From an uncultured virus (IMG/VR IMGVR_UViG_3300037847_003885) (lineage: Duplodnaviria > Heunggongvirae > Uroviricota > Caudoviricetes), in IMG/VR virus record IMGVR_UViG_3300037847_003885, positions 1 to 64,000 of that record: 64,000 bases of DNA; one strand, given 5' to 3'. The notes beneath the pieces are model-generated. The model had not been told where the DNA came from and ran no database searches. It worked only from the letters and a program-made list of their open reading frames with translations. Within the stretch, counting starts at the first letter, position 1, and each line of letters opens with the position of its first letter. A program made the translations under genes and the position numbers. Of the stretch, positions 7,999 to 16,397 are shown piece after piece.

Positions 7999-8273
7999 AA
8001 TTAACACTGAAAGAACTTAACGAGATTGTGACTGATGCACAGATGGAAGCGGAAGAAATCATGCGTAACAAGATAGTGAAGTATATCAACAAAGGTTACA
8101 CGACTAACGGGATACTGTTCATGCTTGGTCAGTTCAATCTTGTTACAGGTCGCAAACATGAGAGTGAGGTTGAGATAGATGGCTACAAGGATGGTGAAAC
8201 TATCCAAGTTATGAAAATGTCCGAGGCAACATCTAAGGTATTACATTCAATACAATCGGAGGATGAAGAATGA
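7995..8273 (+). CDS. Hypothetical protein
   Basis: GTGA overlap with DUF932 stop (track start 7968). Confidence 0.65.
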   Translation: MKLTLKELNEIVTDAQMEAEEIMRNKIVKYINKGYTTNGILFMLGQFNLVTGRKHESEVEIDGYKDGETIQVMKMSEATSKVLHSIQSEDEE

Positions 8274-8593
8274 GTAAAAGAATAGAATATGTAGCACGAT
8301 ATGGATATAGTGAAGATGGGGCAAATGTAGACCCATGTAAAAACAAACGGCATGCGGATAAACTAATCCAAGATGCTTTGCGGCAAATAGAGATTGACCC
8401 TACAGTAGAGTCTACACCACATGGTTTCTTGTTAAGTATTTGGCGTTTACACATTGAATCCGGTATAGATGAATTTTATTGGGAAAACCCGCTACTTGAT
8501 TACAACGAAGATGGAGAAAGCGTAATCATGTACAACGGTAAGGAGTTAGGATTAATAGAGGAAGATGGTGACTATGTGGATAGCGACCAATAA
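8270..8593 (+). CDS. Hypothetical acidic protein
   Basis: GGAGG SD and ATGA overlap. Confidence 0.7.
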   Translation: MSKRIEYVARYGYSEDGANVDPCKNKRHADKLIQDALRQIEIDPTVESTPHGFLLSIWRLHIESGIDEFYWENPLLDYNEDGESVIMYNGKELGLIEEDGDYVDSDQ

Positions 8594-8894
8594 GGGATGG
8601 TTGAGTATCGTAAAGCACAGGGATAAGGAACATACATTATTGGTGCGAGCGAGAAATAAAAATCACATTGAAAGTATTTTTCCAAATGCAGAAGTGTATG
8701 AAGATGCAAATGCAGACTACCCATACAGGGCAGACATAGACAACTATGTTGTAGGCACTGTCATCGGTGACCTGCTGATGGGTATAAACTATGACAACTT
8801 CAAAGCGAGTGTAAATGATTACCATTACCACTTTGCATTGGTAGGGGTATGGCAAGAGATGTATGACTACGGTAAAAAATACAGACCGGAATAA
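8574..8894 (+). CDS. Conserved phage-type hypothetical protein
   Basis: MWIxTxxGxxSIV...LLVRAR...DYPYRA...I.YxNFK pattern recalled from uncharacterised phage proteins; GGTGA SD. Confidence 0.7.
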   Translation: MWIATNKGWLSIVKHRDKEHTLLVRARNKNHIESIFPNAEVYEDANADYPYRADIDNYVVGTVIGDLLMGINYDNFKASVNDYHYHFALVGVWQEMYDYGKKYRPE

Positions 8895-8920
8895 ATAATA
8901 TATAAACCAAATAAGAAATG
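8893..8920 (+). promoter_or_regulatory. Repeated promoter element, copy 4
   Basis: AAATAATATATAAACCAAATAAGAAATG. Confidence 0.75.
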
Positions 8921-8933
8921 AGGATTGAGAAAC

Positions 8934-9095
8934 ATGAAAAAAACATATACAGTAAGAGTCACCTATACAGGTGAGATAGAGGCAGAAAATGAAGAAGAAC
9001 TAGAAGAGAAGTTGTGGGTAGTGCATACATTATTTGGCGCACCATACGAGGACTACTTGTTCGAGGCAGAAGAGGTAGACATACAGGAGGAATAG
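8934..9095 (+). CDS. 53-aa acidic hypothetical protein
   Basis: Not in track; MKKTYTVRVTYTGEIEAENEEE...; first gene after promoter copy 4. Confidence 0.7.
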   Translation: MKKTYTVRVTYTGEIEAENEEELEEKLWVVHTLFGAPYEDYLFEAEEVDIQEE

Positions 9096-9097
9096 AT

Positions 9098-9295
9098 ATG
9101 GGATATAGACAAATGAAAAATTTAGCCTGTTATGTTGCTGTCAATCTCTATGATTGGGATAAGCAAGACATAGAAAGTATGGTAGAACAAGTAGGTTGTA
9201 TTGAAACCGTAGTTGATTTCCTTACCGCCTATGAACACAGATTCGGCCTTGATTTGAAAGATAAAATCGAATGGGCTTTGTTAGCGGAGGAATAG
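9098..9295 (+). CDS. Hypothetical protein flanked by GGAGGAATAGATA repeat
   Basis: Start moved from track 9014 to ATG 9098 (GGAGG SD). Confidence 0.7.
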   Translation: MGYRQMKNLACYVAVNLYDWDKQDIESMVEQVGCIETVVDFLTAYEHRFGLDLKDKIEWALLAEE

Positions 9296-9298
9296 ATA

Positions 9299-9529
9299 AT
9301 GAAAAGTGCAGAAATACAAGCAGATATAGAAAGACTAGAAGAAAAAGCATACCAAGCCGAACAACTTGAACAGTTGCACGGATTGGCTACTCAAGCAAAA
9401 GAAATTATTTATGATGTTTTAGATAAAATGAGCGATTTAGAACAACTTGGTTTTGGGTGGAATAGTACGCTAGAAAGTATCATTAACACTATAGTTATAG
9501 ATGTAGAATCTAAGTTGGAGGCTTTGTAA
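9299..9529 (+). CDS. Hypothetical coiled-coil protein
   Basis: GGAGG SD; heptad-like sequence. Confidence 0.7.
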   Translation: MKSAEIQADIERLEEKAYQAEQLEQLHGLATQAKEIIYDVLDKMSDLEQLGFGWNSTLESIINTIVIDVESKLEAL

Positions 9530-10074
9530 TGAACATATTTGTATTAGATGAAAACCCTGTTACTGCGGCTAAGTACATGGATGATGTTAGATTACCTAAG
9601 ATGTGCGTAGAGTCAGCACAGATGATGGCATCAGCCCTGCGTAGGCATGGTGCTACTGATGAGCAGATGCCACTTACCAAAGCAGGTAAACCATACAAGG
9701 GAGGATACAAACATCACCCTTGCACAGTATGGGCGGGTGACAGTCGTGCTAACTTTCAGTGGTTGGCTCGCCATGCTCAAGCACTACTAACTGAATACTC
9801 AAATCGTTTTGATAAAGTGCATGCTTGTAGCGCACCTATCCACATTATGTCTTGTATAGACTACATCATTCCCGAAGGTGGATTGACACAGTTTGCATTG
9901 GCTATGCCCGATGAATACAGACCCGAACCAATTAACGGTGAGATTGTATACCATGCTTATCCTAAATTTGCAGTACAAGCCTACAGGTCTTACTACAAGT
10001 CTAAGCAATACAGTAAAGGTGGGGTGCGGTATGTGCGTACTGATGTTCCTAGTTGGTGGGAGGTGACGGCGTGA
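9529..10074 (+). CDS. Pyrimidine-dimer DNA glycosylase / T4 endonuclease V-like family protein
   Basis: MNIFVLD...KMCVESAQM...HPCTVW...F..AMPDEY...AYRSYY motifs. Confidence 0.75.
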   Translation: MNIFVLDENPVTAAKYMDDVRLPKMCVESAQMMASALRRHGATDEQMPLTKAGKPYKGGYKHHPCTVWAGDSRANFQWLARHAQALLTEYSNRFDKVHACSAPIHIMSCIDYIIPEGGLTQFALAMPDEYRPEPINGEIVYHAYPKFAVQAYRSYYKSKQYSKGGVRYVRTDVPSWWEVTA

Positions 10075-10226
10075 GTGAATACAAAGTGACAGACGGCTAC
10101 GAAGATTGCGAGGTATGTTCCAAGACCTGTTGTATCAAAGATGAGCCACTACATGATGTTCAAGCAGGGCGTATTTGTAGTGAGTGTCATTACCTAAATG
10201 AATATGGCGTGGAGGTGACGGCGTGA
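10071..10226 (+). CDS. 51-aa zinc-finger mini-protein ending EVTA
   Basis: Not in track; GTG start in repeat; CEVC...CSEC. Confidence 0.75.
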   Translation: MSEYKVTDGYEDCEVCSKTCCIKDEPLHDVQAGRICSECHYLNEYGVEVTA

Positions 10227-10384
10227 GTAAGTTAATAGCATTAAAGGGAATGAAAAGTGCCTATGAACTATCATTGAAGGAAATGAAGAAAGCACTTGAT
10301 GATTTACAACTTAGATACGATATAATTCAAGAGCATTTAGAAAATATTGAAGAAGCGATAGAATATGAAGAGGTGACGGCATGA
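10223..10384 (+). CDS. 53-aa coiled-coil mini-protein ending EVTA
   Basis: Not in track; MSKLIALKG...IEYEEVTA. Confidence 0.75.
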   Translation: MSKLIALKGMKSAYELSLKEMKKALDDLQLRYDIIQEHLENIEEAIEYEEVTA

Positions 10385-10491
10385 AGGTATTTCATTTATC
10401 TTTGCTAATGTGTAAAATGAATTTGTGTAATGGTGTACATGCTCTTGATGAAACAATACCCTGTCCTCACTGTGCGGAGGTGACGGCGTGA
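10381..10491 (+). CDS. 36-aa Cys-rich mini-protein ending EVTA
   Basis: Not in track; MKVFHLSLLMCKMNLC...CPHCAEVTA. Confidence 0.65.
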   Translation: MKVFHLSLLMCKMNLCNGVHALDETIPCPHCAEVTA

Positions 10492-10646
10492 AGAAATATA
10501 AGAATAAACATACTAATGTAATTGTAACTTTGAAAGGCGATAAGATGGTTAGCGGTAGCAAAGTCTACATGCTAGAGAAAGAGAATGGTGACATAGACAA
10601 TTGGAGTGAAGAATTGTTTTTACTCCATTGGGAGGCGATACCGTGA
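10488..10646 (+). CDS. 52-aa mini-protein ending EAIP
   Basis: Not in track; GTGA overlaps on both sides. Confidence 0.7.
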   Translation: MKKYKNKHTNVIVTLKGDKMVSGSKVYMLEKENGDIDNWSEELFLLHWEAIP

Positions 10647-10858
10647 AGCGATTTCCTAAATCAAAAGCAAAGATACAAGCGTTGAACATTTGCATTATGC
10701 AATACACATGTATTGAGGGAAACGAAAGAGATTGGTTCAAATCATATAACAATGGTATGGATACTTTCGGTAGACCTATTATTTGCACAGCAGAAGATAT
10801 TGATTGGGCTATGGACTACCTATGGGAACGATGTCAAAAGGTGGAGGTGACGGCGTGA
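10643..10858 (+). CDS. 71-aa hypothetical protein ending EVTA
   Basis: GTG start at 10643 (track start 10628). Confidence 0.75.
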   Translation: MKRFPKSKAKIQALNICIMQYTCIEGNERDWFKSYNNGMDTFGRPIICTAEDIDWAMDYLWERCQKVEVTA

Positions 10859-10980
10859 CTGATGAGTGTCCGGGTTGCTTAGACATCGAGGGTGAGTATG
10901 ATGACATGTGCCACGAATGCAAGATAGAGATAGATGGAATAATCGCTGATAGATATTTGATAGCGAGAGGTAGATTATGA
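10855..10980 (+). CDS. 41-aa zinc-finger mini-protein
   Basis: Not in track; CPGC...CHEC; ATGA overlap with 10977. Confidence 0.7.
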   Translation: MTDECPGCLDIEGEYDDMCHECKIEIDGIIADRYLIARGRL

Positions 10981-11243
10981 TGGAAGAGGAAATAGTAACT
11001 ACAGATGTAGATGACGATATGAGAAACTATGAGATAAAGTTAGACGGTGAGTTCCATACCGTAGTAATGGAAATATCCATTTGGGATTATGGAATCAACT
11101 GTCCGACATGTGGAAAAAATAACAATAAAAATAAAATGTATTTGTTAAGTAACGGGCAGTATCTTTACAAAGGGGTGTGCTGTGGCATGTTCGGACTGTG
11201 TGAGGTCAAAGGTGAGGACAATGAATTGGCAACCAACAACTGA
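10977..11243 (+). CDS. Zinc-ribbon hypothetical protein
   Basis: CPTC...CCG. Confidence 0.7.
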   Translation: MMEEEIVTTDVDDDMRNYEIKLDGEFHTVVMEISIWDYGINCPTCGKNNNKNKMYLLSNGQYLYKGVCCGMFGLCEVKGEDNELATNN

Positions 11244-11934
11244 AATGATAACTTGGGGAAATGAACATTTGGCGGCTATACCCGTTGATGGTGTATGGTC
11301 ACCGGAGGGTAGCGGAGTACAATATAGAAAGATGGGTGAGAAAACTTTTGCACTTATGTTTATGTACAACCATCCCGAATGTGAAGTCCACCATGAAAGA
11401 TATAGAGAACTGATGTCAGCCTGTGGGTATGAGGTTCAAGAAGGGGATGGAGTTCAAAAGATTACTCCACCACTCGACCCTATGGAAAGAATGCAACAAG
11501 AGTTTGAGATGAAGCAAGAGCAAGCGAGAGGATGGTTATGTCCTTCTTGCGAGTACCCTCTTGCTAACTGTGAGTTAGATGAAAGAACTGATGTATTCGT
11601 AGAAACAATAGACGCAGAACTTACCGGGGGCGACAGCACTGAAATAGAAATTTGGAGTTGTAATATTAGTTGTACTCAATGCGGGGAAGAAATAAAAATG
11701 AATCCCGATGATTACCACTTGCTAGCAGGTGATGAGTATTACATGCGTTGGCGTGTTGATGATAGTCACCAATTCATGGCTCTTACAAGAGGGCAGATGA
11801 AAGAGATGCAAGACGCAGGTGTGTTGAATGGAGAAGTTCTTGGAAGTGTCTACGAAGATAAGAAAGTGCCGCCGTGGATGTGGGGCATATATGCTATCAA
11901 GAGAAACTTAACTAAGAGTGAAGAAGATGAGTAG
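11221..11934 (+). CDS. Hypothetical protein with CxxC...CxxC
   Basis: ATG 11221 with GGTGAGG SD (track start 11182); CPSC, CTQC. Confidence 0.75.
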   Translation: MNWQPTTEMITWGNEHLAAIPVDGVWSPEGSGVQYRKMGEKTFALMFMYNHPECEVHHERYRELMSACGYEVQEGDGVQKITPPLDPMERMQQEFEMKQEQARGWLCPSCEYPLANCELDERTDVFVETIDAELTGGDSTEIEIWSCNISCTQCGEEIKMNPDDYHLLAGDEYYMRWRVDDSHQFMALTRGQMKEMQDAGVLNGEVLGSVYEDKKVPPWMWGIYAIKRNLTKSEEDE

Positions 11935-12214
11935 TTTTGAAAGAAATTATTGGGAAGATGATTCTAAAGTAAAAAAGTGGGCTTCCGGTAAAGGGAAGGT
12001 TCGACTTGCTTGGGTAAAGTGGGCGGGTCGTTATTGGATAGACCTGCGAATACTTAGGCGTGAAGAGGATGGGTACACCCATACGAAAGAAGGAATAAGA
12101 CTTACACCCGAACAAGTGAGAGCCATGCTTCCTATTCTTAACGAACTGCTACAAGACATAGACGATAAGATAGAAGAAGAAGAGAGGCATGACGACAAAG
12201 ATATATCACCTTAA
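11927..12214 (+). CDS. PC4/YdbC-like ssDNA-binding / transcription coactivator
   Basis: W.GRYWIDLR......YTHTKEGIRLTPEQ matches the PC4 pattern; start 11918 or 11927. Confidence 0.75.
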   Translation: MSSFERNYWEDDSKVKKWASGKGKVRLAWVKWAGRYWIDLRILRREEDGYTHTKEGIRLTPEQVRAMLPILNELLQDIDDKIEEEERHDDKDISP

Positions 12215-12530
12215 TTGGTATCATCCTAATAGAGTATGGATATTCAATGATGGGGCGTTAAAGGGAGAGCCGCTATACTACGGCTTCGATAGAGTAGTTG
12301 CTAAATTACTTGAGAAGTTAGGTGCGGTGCTTTATCGCAAAGCCCATCGTACAGGATGTAAGTTGATTTTGTCCGAAAGGCAAAAACCTAATACTTTCAA
12401 ATTTAATTTAATATCTGTAGATAACGGTGGTGCTAAGTACGGTAATGACGAACTTGGTAAAGGGTGGATTGAGAGTGAAGCCTTGATAGGTACACCCGAT
12501 GTTCTTTATGTTGGAGTCGGGGTGGATTAG
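12189..12530 (+). CDS. Hypothetical protein (possibly DUF6717-like)
   Basis: WIFND..L.GEP..GFD...LILS...GG.Y pattern. Confidence 0.55.
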   Translation: MTTKIYHLNWYHPNRVWIFNDGALKGEPLYYGFDRVVAKLLEKLGAVLYRKAHRTGCKLILSERQKPNTFKFNLISVDNGGAKYGNDELGKGWIESEALIGTPDVLYVGVGVD

Positions 12531-13744
12531 TGTTACTTGGTAGAGCGATAGTATTAGTTTCAAAGATGCCTAAGTTAGATGTTAAAGACATCACTAAGGA
12601 AGAGGCATACGAACTATGGGAGTTCTTGGATGAAGAAAGAAAACTACCGATAACAAAAACAAGACTGAAAATAAATTTAGCAAAAGAGTGCGGTGTATTC
12701 GTAGAACAGTTAGATGCAGTAGCCAATGGTGCTTCTCTAGCAGAAGTGCTGATAATGGAATCGTCGGACAGCAAAACAAGTAAATTAAAACTAAAAGAAA
12801 TTAAGAGTATAATTCAATCGGTGACAAGTGATGAAGAGTGGATAATACCATTCTGTCACTCGATGGATATTACAGAAGCCGAGTTTGTTTGGCGGTGGAC
12901 TTTGAATGAGCGTTGGCGTTCACTTAGATACCGAATGAGAAAGTGGGCTAAAATTAATTCTAAAATTAATGATGACCTAATTAGTACATTTGAGATGTTA
13001 GATGTTATATTCGGATTGAGAGAAAAGCAAGAAGTAGAGCGACCTGCTACAGATTTCAAACGGTTACAAGCATGGAACGGTATAGACATACCCGACAAGT
13101 ATTGGTTTGTCAATGATTGCGGTACGCTGATGTTCTTAGAGAACGGTGTTGCTAGAAATAGAAACGGTGAGATAAATCGAGAGTACACACCACAAGTGCA
13201 GGGAGTTGATACTTGTTGGTGTTGGGTGGATGTGTTAGGTACAACAAGACTACACTCTACAGAACAAGAGATACCGTTTTCAAAATACAAAGAGCCTATG
13301 GATATTTCATGGCATGAGGCTAACAAGATTCTTTACAATTACCCAAAGGGTGGTTTCTTAATCCTTAATGATAATCATTATCACTTGTACACTAAAGGTA
13401 CTAACGCTTTGATTGTTCAAGCCTTGTCCGTTAGACAGATTAAAAACGCAGGGTACGAATTTATTTTAGGTGTTAAAGATGGGGTAGATATTATTGATGT
13501 AGATAAGATGACGGTAGAAAACCTACCGTTTGAGTTAGAGAGTGCGTTGAAAAGAAATAGTATTCCTGTACAAAATTCACACACTAGCCATGACATACCG
13601 TTTGTGGTTATCGAAGTTGCATACTCATGGCGAGCAGAAGATGGGTGGGGGTGGCGTTACATTACTACGCTAGATGACGCATCCATCAATGAGATTGATG
13701 AGTACACTACTTACATATCTATGGTAGGTGTAGACAATGAGTGA
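12530..13744 (+). CDS. Highly diverged ATP-dependent DNA ligase-like protein, probably inactive
   Basis: Ligase-like layout: helical N-domain (EAEFVWR), RNRNGE, GGFLIL, C-terminal P.VVIEV.Y...WRY...DD; no KxDG. Confidence 0.4.
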   Translation: MLLGRAIVLVSKMPKLDVKDITKEEAYELWEFLDEERKLPITKTRLKINLAKECGVFVEQLDAVANGASLAEVLIMESSDSKTSKLKLKEIKSIIQSVTSDEEWIIPFCHSMDITEAEFVWRWTLNERWRSLRYRMRKWAKINSKINDDLISTFEMLDVIFGLREKQEVERPATDFKRLQAWNGIDIPDKYWFVNDCGTLMFLENGVARNRNGEINREYTPQVQGVDTCWCWVDVLGTTRLHSTEQEIPFSKYKEPMDISWHEANKILYNYPKGGFLILNDNHYHLYTKGTNALIVQALSVRQIKNAGYEFILGVKDGVDIIDVDKMTVENLPFELESALKRNSIPVQNSHTSHDIPFVVIEVAYSWRAEDGWGWRYITTLDDASINEIDEYTTYISMVGVDNE

Positions 13745-14126
13745 TACACTAAAGAACATAGGATTAGGTATTTTACTTTCTAAGTTACGCTTTTCAGTAT
13801 CAGTATCAAAGGTACACTTTGGGTTTGGTTTTAGAGTTGATAAGTACATACAGATAGATATTCAAGATAACAACATGAAGGCAGTTGTAAAACTGTGGTG
13901 CGATGAAAATAATTTAACACTTAAATATCGTACCAAAAGTAATGCAGACATACTCAAGTGGTTGAGTGTGATAGAACCATACGCTGAATTGTTACACGAT
14001 AAGAAGGGTTACAACCGTATGTTATGGGTAATTGATAATCCCATACCTAGAGCAAACCCATCCACACCCACAAATGTATTCTATGATTGGGTCGAAAAAT
14101 GGGATGATATTGAAAATGATATATAA
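13737..14126 (+). CDS. Hypothetical protein, possible degenerate LAGLIDADG-fold DNA binder
   Basis: IGLGILLS..FSVSV....GFRV...IQI...IEPY topology; lacks catalytic acid. Confidence 0.35.
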   Translation: MSDTLKNIGLGILLSKLRFSVSVSKVHFGFGFRVDKYIQIDIQDNNMKAVVKLWCDENNLTLKYRTKSNADILKWLSVIEPYAELLHDKKGYNRMLWVIDNPIPRANPSTPTNVFYDWVEKWDDIENDI

Positions 14127-14141
14127 ACCAACTAAGAAATG
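14114..14141 (+). promoter_or_regulatory. Repeated promoter element, copy 5 (upstream of RFC)
   Basis: AAATGATATATAAACCAACTAAGAAATG. Confidence 0.8.
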
Positions 14142-14148
14142 AAGGTTG

Positions 14149-15084
14149 ATGAAGATGAATTGGAACGAATTACTACGACCTACTAAACCGGTAGAGATAG
14201 TAGGTAACAATGTCTTTGTCGAAGATTTCCTTGAATGGGAAAAAACGGGTGAGTACCCATCAGCCATACTTATACTCGGTCCTCCGGGTACAGGTAAGTC
14301 TAGTGCGGCAAATGCGATAACACACACAATGTTAGGACAATGGAATAATGATATGAATGTTCTATGGACTAACGCAAGCGACGATAGGGGTATTGGGCAT
14401 GTCCGACAGGAGATTAAACAATTCTGTCGGCTTAGTGGTATCAATGCGGCACGAAAGGTAGTAGTACTTGATGAGGCTGATGGGCTTACTCCCCAATCCC
14501 AAGATGCACTAAGGGGTATCATGGAGAAATATGCTCACAGGGTCTTGTTTATCTTGACAGCAAACTATCCCGAAAAAATCAAACCTGCCATACAAAGCAG
14601 ATGTAAGATATATCAGTTCACTCCTGTCACTCCAAAAGAAGGTGCTAGACATTTGCTAAGAGCGACAGAATCATGTGGCGCACCCGTTGAATGGGAACAA
14701 GCCTATGAAGATGTAGTAGAACATTTCAATGGTGACTTGAGGGCGGCTGTGAACTTCCTTGAAAGTAGACCAAAAAATCAAGAGTTATCTTTTATCAAAA
14801 CCACCGAGGCGTGGTGGGATGACTTCAAGTTACATGATGATTATAATTCTCTTAGAGAGAAACTTAATGAAAACATGGAAACCGCAGGTAGCCGTGTATA
14901 TTTTATGAATAAATTTCACCAATACATTAGAGGGTACTTTGACAAAGACCCGGATACTGTATTCGCTATCATGTCCGTTTGGGGCGACATGATGGAGAAA
15001 GTACATGAATGGCCGGGAAGTGATAACGCTTTCGTGGATGTGTTGGTGGCAAGACTAAAGAAACAAATAGGTGAAATGAAATGA
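14149..15084 (+). CDS. rfcS: Replication factor C small subunit (clamp loader)
   Basis: W.E..RP, Walker A GPPGTGKS, NASDDRGI, Walker B LDEADGL, SRC, GDLR.A.N. Confidence 0.92.
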   Translation: MKMNWNELLRPTKPVEIVGNNVFVEDFLEWEKTGEYPSAILILGPPGTGKSSAANAITHTMLGQWNNDMNVLWTNASDDRGIGHVRQEIKQFCRLSGINAARKVVVLDEADGLTPQSQDALRGIMEKYAHRVLFILTANYPEKIKPAIQSRCKIYQFTPVTPKEGARHLLRATESCGAPVEWEQAYEDVVEHFNGDLRAAVNFLESRPKNQELSFIKTTEAWWDDFKLHDDYNSLREKLNENMETAGSRVYFMNKFHQYIRGYFDKDPDTVFAIMSVWGDMMEKVHEWPGSDNAFVDVLVARLKKQIGEMK

Positions 15085-16388
15085 GTTGGAAAGAAGAAGA
15101 TGAATACATAGACGAAGAAAGTAATACAGGTTTTGGGGAGAAGAAATCAAGCGATGGTTTCCCTGTGCCTGTTGCTCAAAGAATGGTAGCATACGCTGAA
15201 AGAACAGGAAAGAACATCGAAGAAGTCAAACAGATGTATTTGGATTACATAAAGAAAGAATACGGTGTTGAGGACTACACACAAGAAGATGTGGATATTC
15301 TAATTGATTGGGCGGAACAAGCCTTCGTACAAACAAGAAAGCAAACAGCAAGCACATCGGGAACATCTACATGGGTAGGTTGTTTCATAGGCGTGGCTGA
15401 TAGAACAAAAGATAGACTTACAAATATTGTAAATGCTAATGTAAAACTGTTCAAAGAGAATCGTGCCGAAGCAATTGGTACAGGTAGAGTAGGTGTCTAT
15501 GAGAAAGACGGTGGTTTGTGGTCAGTGCGTAACAAAGACGGACTACAACCACTTGATGAATCAGCAGACAGTGAACCGCTACATGGTATCAAGGTCGGTG
15601 ACGAGTACATCTGTTTACTCACCCGCAAAGGTATGCCATCACCACCAACAAGGATGGGTAGATACGCTTACTTCTTGGGTGGCGAAGAAGGTGACTTCGT
15701 TAAGAATAGTAACATAGCAGTGTGGAAGGTAGACTTAACTGACGATAACAATACTATGAACTTAGACATAGGCCGACCATGTAAGATACCCGTTATACCA
15801 CCAAGAGAAGATGCTAATGATTTCTTCAAGACTGTCTTGGGTACATACTCTAACTTTGAAATTAATTATTCGGATGACTTCGTACCGGAAGAAGTAAGAC
15901 CATTACTTCAACCTGTAAGTTATTGGACTAACGAAGAGTTCCACGACATGTATGTTAGAATTGATGACATCGAAGATGTCTTTGAGAGTAAGAAAGAGAA
16001 AACTAACATCGGTGGTAGAAGTGTCACATACGGGCCACTTATTATTACTAAGGGTACAATCAACAGCATGAATACCGAGCCAAGAGACAGCGAGTATGAC
16101 CCGGAGGGCTTCAATTACTTCATGTCACTAAGTAGCATGAACGGTGATGTAGACTGTTGGATACCCGGTGCTGTCGGTATCATGACTAATCCATTCCAAG
16201 CACATTGGGGAGAGCAAGCATTTGACTATGCTGAAAACTCTACAGTGTTTGTCTTTGGTCGTCTAGGTATGAAAGACCGTGATGGTTTGATGAGTCCTAA
16301 GATTACAGTCATGGGTATCTATGGACACCCACGCAGATGCCGAAGGAGAGCAAGCGGTGGGAATACAGGCGTAGGTCAGTTTGAGTGA
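15081..16388 (+). CDS. Putative ssDNA-binding (OB-fold, RPA-like) replication protein
   Basis: Position between RFC and ATPase; C-terminal beta pattern VDCWI...STVFVFGR...ITVMGIY; function inferred. Confidence 0.4.
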   Translation: MSWKEEDEYIDEESNTGFGEKKSSDGFPVPVAQRMVAYAERTGKNIEEVKQMYLDYIKKEYGVEDYTQEDVDILIDWAEQAFVQTRKQTASTSGTSTWVGCFIGVADRTKDRLTNIVNANVKLFKENRAEAIGTGRVGVYEKDGGLWSVRNKDGLQPLDESADSEPLHGIKVGDEYICLLTRKGMPSPPTRMGRYAYFLGGEEGDFVKNSNIAVWKVDLTDDNNTMNLDIGRPCKIPVIPPREDANDFFKTVLGTYSNFEINYSDDFVPEEVRPLLQPVSYWTNEEFHDMYVRIDDIEDVFESKKEKTNIGGRSVTYGPLIITKGTINSMNTEPRDSEYDPEGFNYFMSLSSMNGDVDCWIPGAVGIMTNPFQAHWGEQAFDYAENSTVFVFGRLGMKDRDGLMSPKITVMGIYGHPRRCRRRASGGNTGVGQFE

Positions 16389-16397
16389 GGTGATTAG

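Larger units (their letters stand above)
10059..10858 (+). repeat. Array of GGAGGTGACGGCGTGA junction repeats
   Basis: Exact copies at 10059, 10211, 10476, 10843; variants GAGGTGACGGCATGA (10370) and GGAGGCGATACCGTGA (10631). Confidence 0.95.

Noticed and set aside
10059..10858. CRISPR or mini-array interpretation of GGAGGTGACGGCGTGA
   Set aside because: The repeat is only 16 nt, spacers are about 90-200 nt open reading frames, and the repeat is an SD/stop/start junction.
1129..10980. Diversity-generating retroelement or integron
   Set aside because: No reverse transcriptase, no adenine-specific TR/VR pair, no tyrosine recombinase and no attC-like inverted repeats seen in the window.
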